Below are positions 8,533 through 18,056 of a DNA stretch of 64,000 nucleotides, in pieces. The notes beneath the pieces are model-generated. The model saw only the letters and a list, made by a program, of their open reading frames with translations. It had not been told where the DNA came from and did no database searches. This DNA comes from an uncultured Chroococcidiopsis sp. GTDB taxonomy: Bacteria; Cyanobacteriota; Cyanobacteriia; Cyanobacteriales; Chroococcidiopsidaceae. A program made the position numbers and the translations under genes. The stretch covers positions 1-64,000 of the forward strand of contig CAXTYC010000013.1 in the NCBI GenBank assembly GCA_964248365.1. Reading direction: 5' to 3'. Each line of letters begins with the position of its first letter. Within the stretch, counting starts at the first letter, position 1.

Positions 8533-10857
8533 TTATTCTTGTCCTTGCCCTTGGTCGCGTGTGGGCTGAGTTTGAGTTGGTGCAGATGGTTGCACTTGGT
8601 CGCTTGTGGTCGGTCTACGTCTAAATAGTTCTGGTGTATTTGAGCTATTTCGCCGCAAGCGCTGTAGGAGACGGTCATATCTTTGTGAGTCAGAATTATT
8701 GACCGCAGGGGGGTTGCGATGCTGTCGCCTTATGCGTCTTGTGCGCCTTCTGGGTGTCTGTATTTCCCCGCTTGGCTGTAAGAAGCGTCGCTCTCTACGT
8801 CGCCGAGGGGAGGGGCTGTAATTTTCCGATCCTTCGGCTTGTTCAAGCGAACCGTTAGCGCTTTCTTGGGGATTAATTTGACCAATGGATATCGTTCTCG
8901 GCTTAACTGGCTGTGCCTTAATCGTTGCTTTGCGTCCTTCTAATTTTGGGTTGGGAAATTGCTCTACAGGCATTCCCTGAGAGGCTTGTGCCATAAATCT
9001 ATGCCAAGCGTAGGCTGCTGTGCTACTACTGCCCCAGGTAGGTTGATTATTATCATTGCCGAGCCAAACTCCTGCTACCATTTGGGGAATATAGCCTACG
9101 AACCAAAGATCGCGGGCTTTGTCCGATGTCCCAGTTTTACCAGCTACTGGGCGATCTACTAATCCAGCAGCGCCACCAGTACCAGCCTGTACTACATTTC
9201 TTAGCATCCAAGTGGCGATCGCGGCATTATCGAGGTCTAATACTCGCTTCGGTTTAACCCTAGCTGTGTAAATCACATTTCCACTTCGGTTTAGGATGCG
9301 TCGAATACCGTAAGCTTCTGTATGCACGCCTGCTGTTGCTAAAGTGCCATAAGCGTTGGTTAACTCTAGCAAATTCACTTCCGAAGAGCCTAGAGCTAAT
9401 GAATAAGCAGGTATGAGGGGAGATTTAATTCCCATTTGCCCCGCAAGTTTAATCGTTGGCTCAAAACCAACATCCATTAATACCTTAACGGCAACTACAT
9501 TAATTGAGGCAGCCAGAGCATCCCGCATAGAAAGCAAACCCCGAAACTTCTTACTGAAGTTTTTCGGTTCATAGCCATCAACTTTAAAGGGAGAATCTAA
9601 ATATTGTTTATATGGAGAAATCCCACTAGCGATCGCCGTCGTATATACAATTCCCTTAAATGTCGATCCTGGCTGGCGCTGTGCTTGGGTAACACGATTA
9701 AATTGGTTCTTGTTCCCAAAAAGAGTTCCCCCCACCATTGCTTTAACCCCGCCAGTACGCGGTTCAATGGCTACCAATGCAGCTTGAGCAAAATGCTGCC
9801 ACCTACCGTTGGTTTCCACTGTATCTTTTACAACCGCTTCTGCTTGTTGCTGCCATTTCGGGTTTAAGGTTGTTTCAATTGTCAAACCCCCTTGCGCCAA
9901 CACATCTTTTGAAACGTATTTCGGCAACTCTTTCTGAATATACGTAGTGAAGTAGGGTGCTATTACCTGGAGTCGCTTGGGTGAACTGGTTTTGAGAGTA
10001 ATAGGTGTATTTCTAGCCTCTGCTGCTGCTGCTGCTGTAATTACTCCATCCTCTTGCATTCGTTGCAAGACTAGGTTGCGTCGTTGTTGGGCTGCTACTA
10101 TATTTACCGTTGGTGAGTAGAAACTGGGGGCGGGTGCTAAACCTGCGATCGTTGCCATTTCCCCCAAAGTCAATTTATTCACTGGTTTGCTAAAGTAAAC
10201 ATTCGCAGCATCAGCTACACCATAAGCCCCTTGTCCCAAATAAACTAAATTGAGATAGCGCTCTAGAACTTGTTGTTTAGTTAAATTCTGCTCAATTTTT
10301 GTTGCTAAAAGAATTTCCTTCAGCTTGCGCCACATACTGCGCTCTTGATTAAGGAATAGAATTCGTGCTAGTTGTTGTGTAATGCTACTACCGCCTTCGA
10401 CCACGTTGGCAGAACGGAGATTCGCCCCAATTGCCCGCATAATACCTTGGTAGTCAACACCACGATGTTGATAAAAGCGTCGATCTTCAGAAGCAATGAA
10501 TGCTTGAATCAGCGGTTTGGGAATTTGATTTAGCTTCAGTTGTTCTCTGGTGGCAGGTCCCTGCTGCTGAAGAATTGTACCATCAGCCGCTTTGATCGTC
10601 AGTGTATTACTCCGTACAGAGGTGAACAGTTCGGCTCGTGATGGTAAACTACTCTCAATAGACGACCAAACGCTGCCTCCTGCTATCAGTCCACCGCCAA
10701 CACCCAAGCCGAGCCAAAACCAGTAACGGCGATAGAGAGGTTTGCCGCCAGTTAGTTTAGTTTTCGTTTGATCGGATAGGTTATTTGTTTGCGACACTAG
10801 ATGTGACTCTGGCAAACGTGGGGCTGGGGGTTGCCCTGTATTGTCTGGTTCGTTCAA
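8533..10857 (-). CDS. class A penicillin-binding protein (PBP1A)
   Basis: EDRRFYQH, GGSSITQQL transglycosylase motifs; STFK, SIN, KTGT transpeptidase motifs. Confidence 0.95.
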   Translation of the reverse strand: MNEPDNTGQPPAPRLPESHLVSQTNNLSDQTKTKLTGGKPLYRRYWFWLGLGVGGGLIAGGSVWSSIESSLPSRAELFTSVRSNTLTIKAADGTILQQQGPATREQLKLNQIPKPLIQAFIASEDRRFYQHRGVDYQGIMRAIGANLRSANVVEGGSSITQQLARILFLNQERSMWRKLKEILLATKIEQNLTKQQVLERYLNLVYLGQGAYGVADAANVYFSKPVNKLTLGEMATIAGLAPAPSFYSPTVNIVAAQQRRNLVLQRMQEDGVITAAAAAEARNTPITLKTSSPKRLQVIAPYFTTYIQKELPKYVSKDVLAQGGLTIETTLNPKWQQQAEAVVKDTVETNGRWQHFAQAALVAIEPRTGGVKAMVGGTLFGNKNQFNRVTQAQRQPGSTFKGIVYTTAIASGISPYKQYLDSPFKVDGYEPKNFSKKFRGLLSMRDALAASINVVAVKVLMDVGFEPTIKLAGQMGIKSPLIPAYSLALGSSEVNLLELTNAYGTLATAGVHTEAYGIRRILNRSGNVIYTARVKPKRVLDLDNAAIATWMLRNVVQAGTGGAAGLVDRPVAGKTGTSDKARDLWFVGYIPQMVAGVWLGNDNNQPTWGSSSTAAYAWHRFMAQASQGMPVEQFPNPKLEGRKATIKAQPVKPRTISIGQINPQESANGSLEQAEGSENYSPSPRRRRERRFLQPSGEIQTPRRRTRRIRRQHRNPPAVNNSDSQRYDRLLQRLRRNSSNTPELFRRRPTTSDQVQPSAPTQTQPTRDQGQGQE

Positions 10858-10963
10858 AGGAGTTGCTCACTTTTTGAACTATGGGATATTTGACACGTCA
10901 GTTTCATACACACGTCACAATTCTATTCAAGTTTTGCCTATTTTAATCTGAGTATGGGATCGT

Positions 10964-11506
10964 ATGGGACTAGGGGTGCTTAGGCTAGAAGAGGACAAGG
11001 GACAAGTGACAAAGGACAAAGGACAAATAAGCGCGATCGCATTGGGTAGCAATTTAGGTGATTCCCACGCCATTCTAAACTCTGCCTTGGCAACTTTAGC
11101 CAATATGCCACAAATTACCCTGCAAGCTTGCTCTAGCTGGTATCAAACGATTGCCGTTGGACCTGTGCAACCAGATTACATCAACGGCTGTGCGAGGCTG
11201 CAAGTCAATATTTCACCCCAGGAGTTACTAGAAACTCTACTGGCAATTGAAACTTCTTTCGGTCGCGTCCGTACCCAACGTTGGGGAGCGCGATCGCTCG
11301 ACCTCGATTTGTTACTATATGATGATTTAATTCTCTCTTCTCCCACTCTGACATTACCCCATCCCAGAATGCGAGAACGTGCTTTTGTTCTGGTTCCCCT
11401 AGCAGAAATTGCTCCTGACTGGATAGAACCAGTTTCTCGAAGGGCGATCGCAGAACTAGTTAAAGATGTAGACTGTTCTGGAGTCAGAAAATTGGTAGAA
11501 ACGTAG
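10964..11506 (+). CDS. folK: 2-amino-4-hydroxy-6-hydroxymethyldihydropteridine diphosphokinase
   Basis: IALGSNLG, RWGARSLDLDLL, LPHPRM.ERAFVL.PL; N-terminus is built from GACAAAG repeats. Confidence 0.95.
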   Translation: MGLGVLRLEEDKGQVTKDKGQISAIALGSNLGDSHAILNSALATLANMPQITLQACSSWYQTIAVGPVQPDYINGCARLQVNISPQELLETLLAIETSFGRVRTQRWGARSLDLDLLLYDDLILSSPTLTLPHPRMRERAFVLVPLAEIAPDWIEPVSRRAIAELVKDVDCSGVRKLVET

Positions 11507-11546
11507 CCCTTCTAAGTCTTTCCTAGTAATTGGTAAAGAGTAATTT

Positions 11547-12095
11547 ATGGCAAAAGGTTTAGAACCAGCACAAGTATTAAAACAACGCCTATTCTACAAA
11601 GGGCGCAAATTTGACTTTGAAGTTAACCGCCTCCGCTTACCCAATAATGCTGAAGGCGAGTGGGAATGTATTCGACACCCTGGCGGCGCTTTAGCTGTCC
11701 CAGTCACTCCAGAAGGTAAACTTATTCTCTTGCGACAGTATCGCTTTGCTGTGCAAGGACGGCTCTTAGAATTTCCAGCAGGAACAGTAGAGCCGAATGA
11801 AGATCCATTTGAAACAATACAGCGAGAAATTGAAGAAGAAACAGGCTACCGCGCCCATAAATGGCAAAATTTAGGGCAATTTTTCCTCGCTCCTGGCTAT
11901 TCTGATGAAATTATCTATGCCTTTTTAGCTCAAGATTTGGAATTACTGGAGCAACCACCCAGCCAAGATATTGATGAGGATATAGAAACAGTTTTGATGA
12001 GTCCCCAAGAATTAGAACAAGCTATTTTGGACGGCGAACCAGTAGATGCAAAATCAATTTCTAGCTTTTTATTGGCTCGTCCTTATTTAAGTTAA
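11547..12095 (+). CDS. NUDIX hydrolase (ADP-ribose pyrophosphatase-like)
   Basis: Nudix box GTVEPNEDPFETIQREIEEETGY; RQYR, LEFPAG. Confidence 0.92.
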   Translation: MAKGLEPAQVLKQRLFYKGRKFDFEVNRLRLPNNAEGEWECIRHPGGALAVPVTPEGKLILLRQYRFAVQGRLLEFPAGTVEPNEDPFETIQREIEEETGYRAHKWQNLGQFFLAPGYSDEIIYAFLAQDLELLEQPPSQDIDEDIETVLMSPQELEQAILDGEPVDAKSISSFLLARPYLS

Positions 12096-12361
12096 TAATA
12101 ACACAATCAGCTGGTAATTATTATTTAAATATTCTCAAATATCTTACTATAAAAGCAAGACTATCACAGACAGCTGGGTATTCGAGTTATCTGTTGGTCT
12201 TATAGGGGATCTGCTTTGAAGGCGAAGGTTTTTTATCTCGTCAAATCCAGGTTAGCACAACTGTTGGCACTCGCTTTGACAATGCATCTGATGGCAGGTG
12301 TTGCGCCACTATCACGAACAGTAGGCTGATAAGTCACACAAACAGATCAAGCTCAGACATT

Positions 12362-13420
12362 GTGCTGCAAACCCAACTGCATCAGGCATGGCTCAATCTA
12401 AAATCTCTGCCGTGGGGTAAGGCAGTTCGTTATACGCTGAGCATCGGCATCCCGCTTGTGATCGGCTCGGCAACAGGATTGCTCCGTTACGGTGTTGTTG
12501 CCGTGATTGGCAGTATGTATGTTGTGAATATTGCGAATGTAGATGCCCGCCCGAAAGATCGATTACTTGGTACTTTAGCAGGTTCTGCCCTCATTACAGG
12601 CTGCGCTCAACTCGGTAGCTTCCTGGCTCACTCCCCCCAGTTGATTGCATTAGGAGTTCTGGTTCTTGGCACCACTGCCGGATGGTTACATAGTTCTCAC
12701 ATGGTGATTGAAATCATGGTGCGGTTTGCCGTCCTGGGCTTCCTGTTTGGTGCATTGCAGCTTGCTGCCTTTGGCACTGAGTTAATTGCAATTGATGAAA
12801 GAGTGGTTTTTGTCTTTTTAATGGGTGGACTATGGACAGCCAGCGTGTTAGCAATCGAGCATCGGCTGTTGAGATCAAATCGTTTGACCGCTGCACCCAA
12901 TCTACGGGAAGGCTGGCAGCGCATTCGATCAAAACAAACGGCAGGTTTACGGTTTGCCCTCTGCTATGGCATAGTGGCTACGATCGCCTTTGGCGGTAGT
13001 TTATTATTGCATCTGCCTCGCCCATTTTGGGTCACGGCTACTACCCTAGTGGTCATGAAGCCCGATAGCCGTGCAACGGTTCAGCGGACTTCCCAGCGGA
13101 TATTGGGAACATTGATTGGCGTACTGCTGGTAGAAGCAATCATTACCTCTACCCATAATCCCAACCTTCTGATTGCTTACATTATTCTGGCTGCTCCATT
13201 CATCCCGATCGGTTTAGTCAAAAATTACACGCTTTGCTGTGCTGCGGTTACCGTCCTGGTAATGGTCATGATTGACCTGCTGACTCTCAATCAAGGAGGA
13301 GTTCGAGCCTTACTTCCCGTGCGTTTCTATGCAACGCTTGTTGGTTGTGTTCTAACTGCAATTGGAACAGCCGTCACCTACCCTGAACTTTGGCTACACA
13401 AAAGAGCGGGAGATCACTAG
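12362..13420 (+). CDS. FUSC-family (aromatic acid exporter-like) membrane protein
   Basis: multi-TM; PFWVTATTLVVMKP...RILGTLIG and RFYATLVG. Confidence 0.8.
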   Translation: MLQTQLHQAWLNLKSLPWGKAVRYTLSIGIPLVIGSATGLLRYGVVAVIGSMYVVNIANVDARPKDRLLGTLAGSALITGCAQLGSFLAHSPQLIALGVLVLGTTAGWLHSSHMVIEIMVRFAVLGFLFGALQLAAFGTELIAIDERVVFVFLMGGLWTASVLAIEHRLLRSNRLTAAPNLREGWQRIRSKQTAGLRFALCYGIVATIAFGGSLLLHLPRPFWVTATTLVVMKPDSRATVQRTSQRILGTLIGVLLVEAIITSTHNPNLLIAYIILAAPFIPIGLVKNYTLCCAAVTVLVMVMIDLLTLNQGGVRALLPVRFYATLVGCVLTAIGTAVTYPELWLHKRAGDH

Positions 13421-13623
13421 ACGTATCCTAAGTGCGATTCGTTGTGAGTGAATCACGGTACTGTGTCCGGCGCGACCTGAAATGGTTGCTTAGTAAGGGA
13501 AGCCTACTACACTCGCGGATTCACATCCTCTACCCCTGTGTAAAAGACTCGCAACAGTCCGGTCACGTCCTTTGGTTGCTTAATTTTTACTTTATAAATC
13601 AGATCTAAAAAAATTTCGCCGCC

Positions 13624-13739
13624 CTAGTAATACCGTTTCTCCATCTACTTGCACTTTTTACGATCCCCCTAGCCCCCTTAGAAAGGGGGTTTGGGGGATC
13701 GCTCTTTGTGTCATCATCTAGGAAAATTGGTATAACTAG
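13624..13739. mobile_element. MITE-like element with an internal GC hairpin
   Basis: imperfect terminal inverted repeats CTAGTAATACCGTTTCTCC / GGAAAATTGGTATAACTAG enclosing GATCCCCCTAGCCCCCTTAGAAAGGGGGTTTGGGGGATC. Confidence 0.6.
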
Positions 13740-14085
13740 AAGGAATCTAGCTGTCCCGTCAGATTAATAAGCTAAACTAGGTACTGCGAATGAGCTACTA
13801 ATTAGAAGCAAAATTGCTCCTTGAATCAAATGTTTCTTCTTCATCTATTCCTCTGTTTAAATCCTAAACAGGCACAATCTAACTTTGAATTCCTCGCGCT
13901 TGAGCCTGGGAGCGAATTAATTTAAACCATACCAGCAGTCAGCTAATTGAAGCATTTGATATTTATGCAATCAATGCATAAATATGCAATTGCCATTTTG
14001 TGAAAACTGCAATCGAATGACACAACGATTCACATTAGTAGCGAATGCCGATAAACTAGTACTATTGAACTATAAAATTGATTGA

Positions 14086-15516
14086 ATGTCTGACTTAATT
14101 CTGTTTTGGCATCGCCGCGATCTACGCATTTCGGATAATACTGGGCTTGCTGCTGCGCGATCGCAAACTCAAAAAGTAGTAGGGATATTCTGCCTCGATC
14201 CGAATATTCTAGAACGGGATGATGTGGCTGCTGTCAGAGTCACTTACCTAATTGGCTGTTTGCAACAATTGCAGCAACGCTATACTGAAGCTGGTAGCCA
14301 ATTGTTGATTCTGCGTGGCGATCCGCGTCAAGCCATACCCAACTTGGCATCTGCCCTTAACGCCAAGGCAGTATTCTGGAATTGGGATGTAGAACCATAT
14401 TCGCAAGAACGCGATCGCGCTGTCATGGATGCCCTGAAGGAAAAGGGTATTCAGTTTCTATTGCAAAATTGGGATCAACTTCTGCACGCCCCAGAAGATA
14501 TTCGCACTGGTTCCAATCAACCCTATACAGTATATAGCCCCTTCTGGCGTAACTGGAGCGGTAAGCCGAAAGCTGCACCAGCCAGAACTTTAGAAAATGT
14601 TGAGGGGCTGACACAAACAGAACAACAGACGGCAAAGCAAGTCGGAGTAATCCAACTACCCACCGCCAAAGATTTAGGATTTATTTGGGACAATGAATTA
14701 GTTATTGCACCAGGAGAGGCGGCGGCGCAAGAAAGGTTAGAAGAATTTACATATCGCCCTATTACCGAATATCGAGAACAACGCAATTTCCCATCTGTTA
14801 ACGGCACATCTCAACTGAGTGCAGCTTTGAAATTTGGGGCAATTGGTATTCGTACAGTTTGGGCTGCTACATTAGAAGCAAAAGAAAACAGCCGCAGTGA
14901 CGAAACTGATGCAAGTATCCATGCTTGGCAACAAGAACTAGCATGGCGGGAATTTTATCAACACGCGATGTATAATTTCCCCGAATTAGCAACAGGGGCA
15001 TATCGTCAACAATTCAAAAACTTCCCTTACGAAAACAACGACGAATATTTTCAAGCTTGGTGTGAGGGCAGAACTGGCTATCCTATTGTTGATGCAGCGA
15101 TGCGGCAGATGAATACAATTGGTTGGATGCATAATCGTTGTCGAATGATTGTTGCCAACTTTTTAACTAAAGATTTGCTGATTAATCCTCAATTGGGAGA
15201 AAAATACTTTTATCAGTGGCTGATTGATGGCGATCTTTCGGCAAATAATGGTGGTTGGCAGTGGAGTGCTTCTAGTGGTATGGACCCTAAACCAGTGCGG
15301 ATTTTCAATCCAGCTAGTCAAGCGCAAAAGTTCGATCCTGAAGGTGAATATATTCGAGAATGGCTGCCCGAATTGAGGTCATTTGATACAGAATTTCTGC
15401 TGAGTGGAAATATTTCCTCGCGCGATCGCCAGTCTGTTGGCTATCCAAATCCCATTGTCGATCATAAACTACAGCAACGCCAGTTTAAATTACTCTATCA
15501 ACAACAAATTCAATAA
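14086..15516 (+). CDS. phrA: class I CPD DNA photolyase
   Basis: WHRRDLR.SDN, TSQLSAALKFG, WREFY, GRTGYPIVDAAMRQ, WMHNRCRM, NNGGWQWSAS. Confidence 0.95.
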   Translation: MSDLILFWHRRDLRISDNTGLAAARSQTQKVVGIFCLDPNILERDDVAAVRVTYLIGCLQQLQQRYTEAGSQLLILRGDPRQAIPNLASALNAKAVFWNWDVEPYSQERDRAVMDALKEKGIQFLLQNWDQLLHAPEDIRTGSNQPYTVYSPFWRNWSGKPKAAPARTLENVEGLTQTEQQTAKQVGVIQLPTAKDLGFIWDNELVIAPGEAAAQERLEEFTYRPITEYREQRNFPSVNGTSQLSAALKFGAIGIRTVWAATLEAKENSRSDETDASIHAWQQELAWREFYQHAMYNFPELATGAYRQQFKNFPYENNDEYFQAWCEGRTGYPIVDAAMRQMNTIGWMHNRCRMIVANFLTKDLLINPQLGEKYFYQWLIDGDLSANNGGWQWSASSGMDPKPVRIFNPASQAQKFDPEGEYIREWLPELRSFDTEFLLSGNISSRDRQSVGYPNPIVDHKLQQRQFKLLYQQQIQ

Positions 15517-15727
15517 TTATCTATTAGCTATTAGCTGTTAGCTATTAGCTATTATTACTTGTTTATTAAATTGTGTTGTTTGTATTATTTGGTTAATCCA
15601 AATAACTGCTTGATTAGTTTTATTTTTATACAGAAATACAATATTTTATAGTCAAAAAAGAGTTGACAAGCTGGCTTCTTACATGGTTGAGTATAAGAAG
15701 CTATATAGCTTATAGTTTTATTCTTAT

Positions 15728-16009
15728 ATGCCAGGCATTAAACAACAAAACCGAAAAAAAAATCAAATAAATCGAAAAAAAAGACAACCATTAATTAATA
15801 GTTTTAGTCTAGCCCGTGAGCTTGAATCTCCCTCTAAAAAAATACCTGGTCTTGCACCATTGAAGACCCGCTATCGACCATTTATCTGTTTCCTTGATTT
15901 GGTATCACAAGTTCCTGGCGCACATCTATATGATATTGGTTGTGGCTCTGGAGCATTACCGTATCTTGCTTTTTCAAATTGTGGCAATAGCCCCTCGATC
16001 TCGTTTTGA
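15728..16009 (+). pseudogene. truncated class I SAM-dependent methyltransferase
   Basis: YRPFIC then motif I YDIGCGSG, stop about 17 codons later; the rest of the fold is missing. Confidence 0.6.
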
Positions 16010-16199
16010 CTCGAAGATTATTTTTTGAGGTAGGTGGGGGAGCAAAGGGGAGAAAAGGAATACTTTTTCAATTTAGTATAATTTTATACATTTACTTGCA
16101 AAAATTAAGATTCAACTTAGCAAAGAAAGATTAGCTGTTTCTACATCCGAAAGTCACAATTTCTACTCTTATTTACTTAACTCAACTCATAGGGAACTT

Positions 16200-17183
16200 A
16201 TGGCATCCCAACGGACTACACTAGTGACAAAAACTTTGATTGATATAGCAGCTAGTCCAATGAAAGCCCCTTATATAGCTGCTCTCAGACCGCGACAGTG
16301 GACAAAAAACTTAGTTGTTTTTGCTGCTCCTTTGTTCGCTTTTAAAATTAATCTGCCAACTTTGTTGGCTAGTGTGTTGGCATTGATTTTGTTTTGCTGT
16401 GCTTCTAGTAGCTTTTATTTACTCAATGATATTGCCGATGTAGAATCAGACCGTAAGCATCCTGTAAAGTGCCTTCGTCCGATCGCTGCTGGACTAGTAA
16501 ATATACGAGTAGCATTTGGGATGGCATTGATTTTGCTTGCTGGTGCGATTATTGTAGGGTGGATGCGATCGTGGGCATTGGGTGCAACGATCATTGGCTA
16601 CGCCATTTTACAAGTTGCCTATAATCTGCGTCTAAAACGGATGGTGATTTTAGACATAGGGGCGATCGCAACTGGCTTTGTCCTACGAGCTATAGGGGGG
16701 GCTGCTGCCACTGGCATTATTTTATCGCCTTGGTTTGTGCTGTGTACAGCCATGCTTGCCCTATTTTTAGGGGTAGAGAAACGCAAAGCTGAATTACGTC
16801 TAGTGTCGCTTAACGGTGGCAAAACTCGCGCCGTCCTGAAACGCTATTCCCTACCACTACTACACCGAATGGAAAATGTTGTCACCACTACTACTGTTGT
16901 GACTTATGCTCTTTGGTGTTCAGGTCCCATTGTACATGGTGCAAGTACATCTTGGATGCTGCTAACTTTGCCTTTTGTTTTGTATGGAATTTTCCGCTAT
17001 CAGCTACTGAGCGATCCAGAAGAAATTGCTCGGAAAAGCGATTTAGGAGTAGAACTAGGTGGAAAAAGTGAGCGACCAGAAGAAGTTTTATTAACAGATT
17101 TACCCATTCTTATAACTGTTTTAGGTTGGATTATCACTTGCTTTGGTATTCTTTTACTTCAAAACCAAGGGCTAATTAAATAA
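16200..17183 (+). CDS. decaprenyl-phosphate phosphoribosyltransferase-like UbiA-family protein
   Basis: LRPRQWTKN, YLLNDIADVESDRKHPVKCLRPIAAG, GFVLRAIGG, KRKAEL, YGIFRY. Confidence 0.9.
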   Translation: MASQRTTLVTKTLIDIAASPMKAPYIAALRPRQWTKNLVVFAAPLFAFKINLPTLLASVLALILFCCASSSFYLLNDIADVESDRKHPVKCLRPIAAGLVNIRVAFGMALILLAGAIIVGWMRSWALGATIIGYAILQVAYNLRLKRMVILDIGAIATGFVLRAIGGAAATGIILSPWFVLCTAMLALFLGVEKRKAELRLVSLNGGKTRAVLKRYSLPLLHRMENVVTTTTVVTYALWCSGPIVHGASTSWMLLTLPFVLYGIFRYQLLSDPEEIARKSDLGVELGGKSERPEEVLLTDLPILITVLGWIITCFGILLLQNQGLIK

Positions 17184-17186
17184 AAC

Positions 17187-17837
17187 TTGTATTTACTGTT
17201 TCAAACAGTTGATTTTCATTCATACTGCATGGCTAATTACAAAAATTGGTTGCTAAAAAATATTTTTTATTCTAGGGGTTATTTTGATTTTATTAACCGC
17301 CCGAAAAAGCAATTTTTAGCACAATACAAATTACCAAAGGAAGCATATAGACTTGCTTCTATTGAAATTGAATTGCTAATAAGCTCAGGTATTAGAGGTG
17401 TAATTCTTGATTTAGACAACACAATTATTTCAGAAGACGATCGCTATATATCTCCTGGTGCAGAAGCTTGGATTAAACAAGCTTCATCAGAGGGATTGAA
17501 ATTTTTCATCCTTTCCAATGGTAAGCGCCGCTATCGCGTAAAATTTTGGTCAGATCGTTTAGGTATTCCAGCAATTAACCCAGCAAAAAAGCCCTTTCCT
17601 TTTGCTTTTCGCAAAGCATTGAAATCTATGCGACTTAAACCAAAACAAGTAATTGTTATCGGTGACAGCCGCCATACAGATATGCTTGGAGCATGGCTCA
17701 TAGGCTGTCCTAGTATCCAGGTTGCTACTCTTCCTCATCCGTTTCGCTGGTGGGAGAAGCTGTTAGGTAAACGAGTACAAACTCCTTATCCTCAAGGACA
17801 TGAACTTTGGGACAATGAATATTTTTACCCTAAATAA
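17187..17837 (+). CDS. YqeG-family HAD-IIIA phosphatase
   Basis: DLDNT motif I, LSN, AKKP, IGD...TDMLGA; start may be ATG 17229. Confidence 0.88.
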   Translation: MYLLFQTVDFHSYCMANYKNWLLKNIFYSRGYFDFINRPKKQFLAQYKLPKEAYRLASIEIELLISSGIRGVILDLDNTIISEDDRYISPGAEAWIKQASSEGLKFFILSNGKRRYRVKFWSDRLGIPAINPAKKPFPFAFRKALKSMRLKPKQVIVIGDSRHTDMLGAWLIGCPSIQVATLPHPFRWWEKLLGKRVQTPYPQGHELWDNEYFYPK

Positions 17838-18056
17838 AATTATTATGAGCAGTTATTTTGGCTTTGCACAATCAACAGATGATCTTCTTTGCCTTTCTTA
17901 GCGCCTACTCTCTCTTGAGGTTCCTTAGCGTCTTTGCGTCTTGGCGTGACACTATCATCAAGTATCACAAAAGTAAGACGTAAGTTATACAGCTTAAATT
18001 GCTCAGACGAAATTATTTTAAACAGTTACTCTTACAGTAAAAATTCCAGAGGAGTT

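Noticed and set aside
8026..8569. ORFs 8026-8322, 8149-8511 and 8384-8569
   Set aside because: They overlap psb35 or translate tandem repeats (FPFPFP, TNYQLP)
12153..12329. open frame upstream of FUSC (QLGIRVICWSY...)
   Set aside because: No start codon near its 5' end and no recognisable family
13465..13582. GTCCGG...TGGTTGCTTA pair as a mini-CRISPR
   Set aside because: Two poorly matching copies with a gap of over 60 bp
16076..16089. GTA-N8-TAC NtcA-like box upstream of the UbiA gene
   Set aside because: Matches the core but lies in very AT-rich DNA and has no TAN3T box at the usual 22-23 nt spacing; not supportable alone
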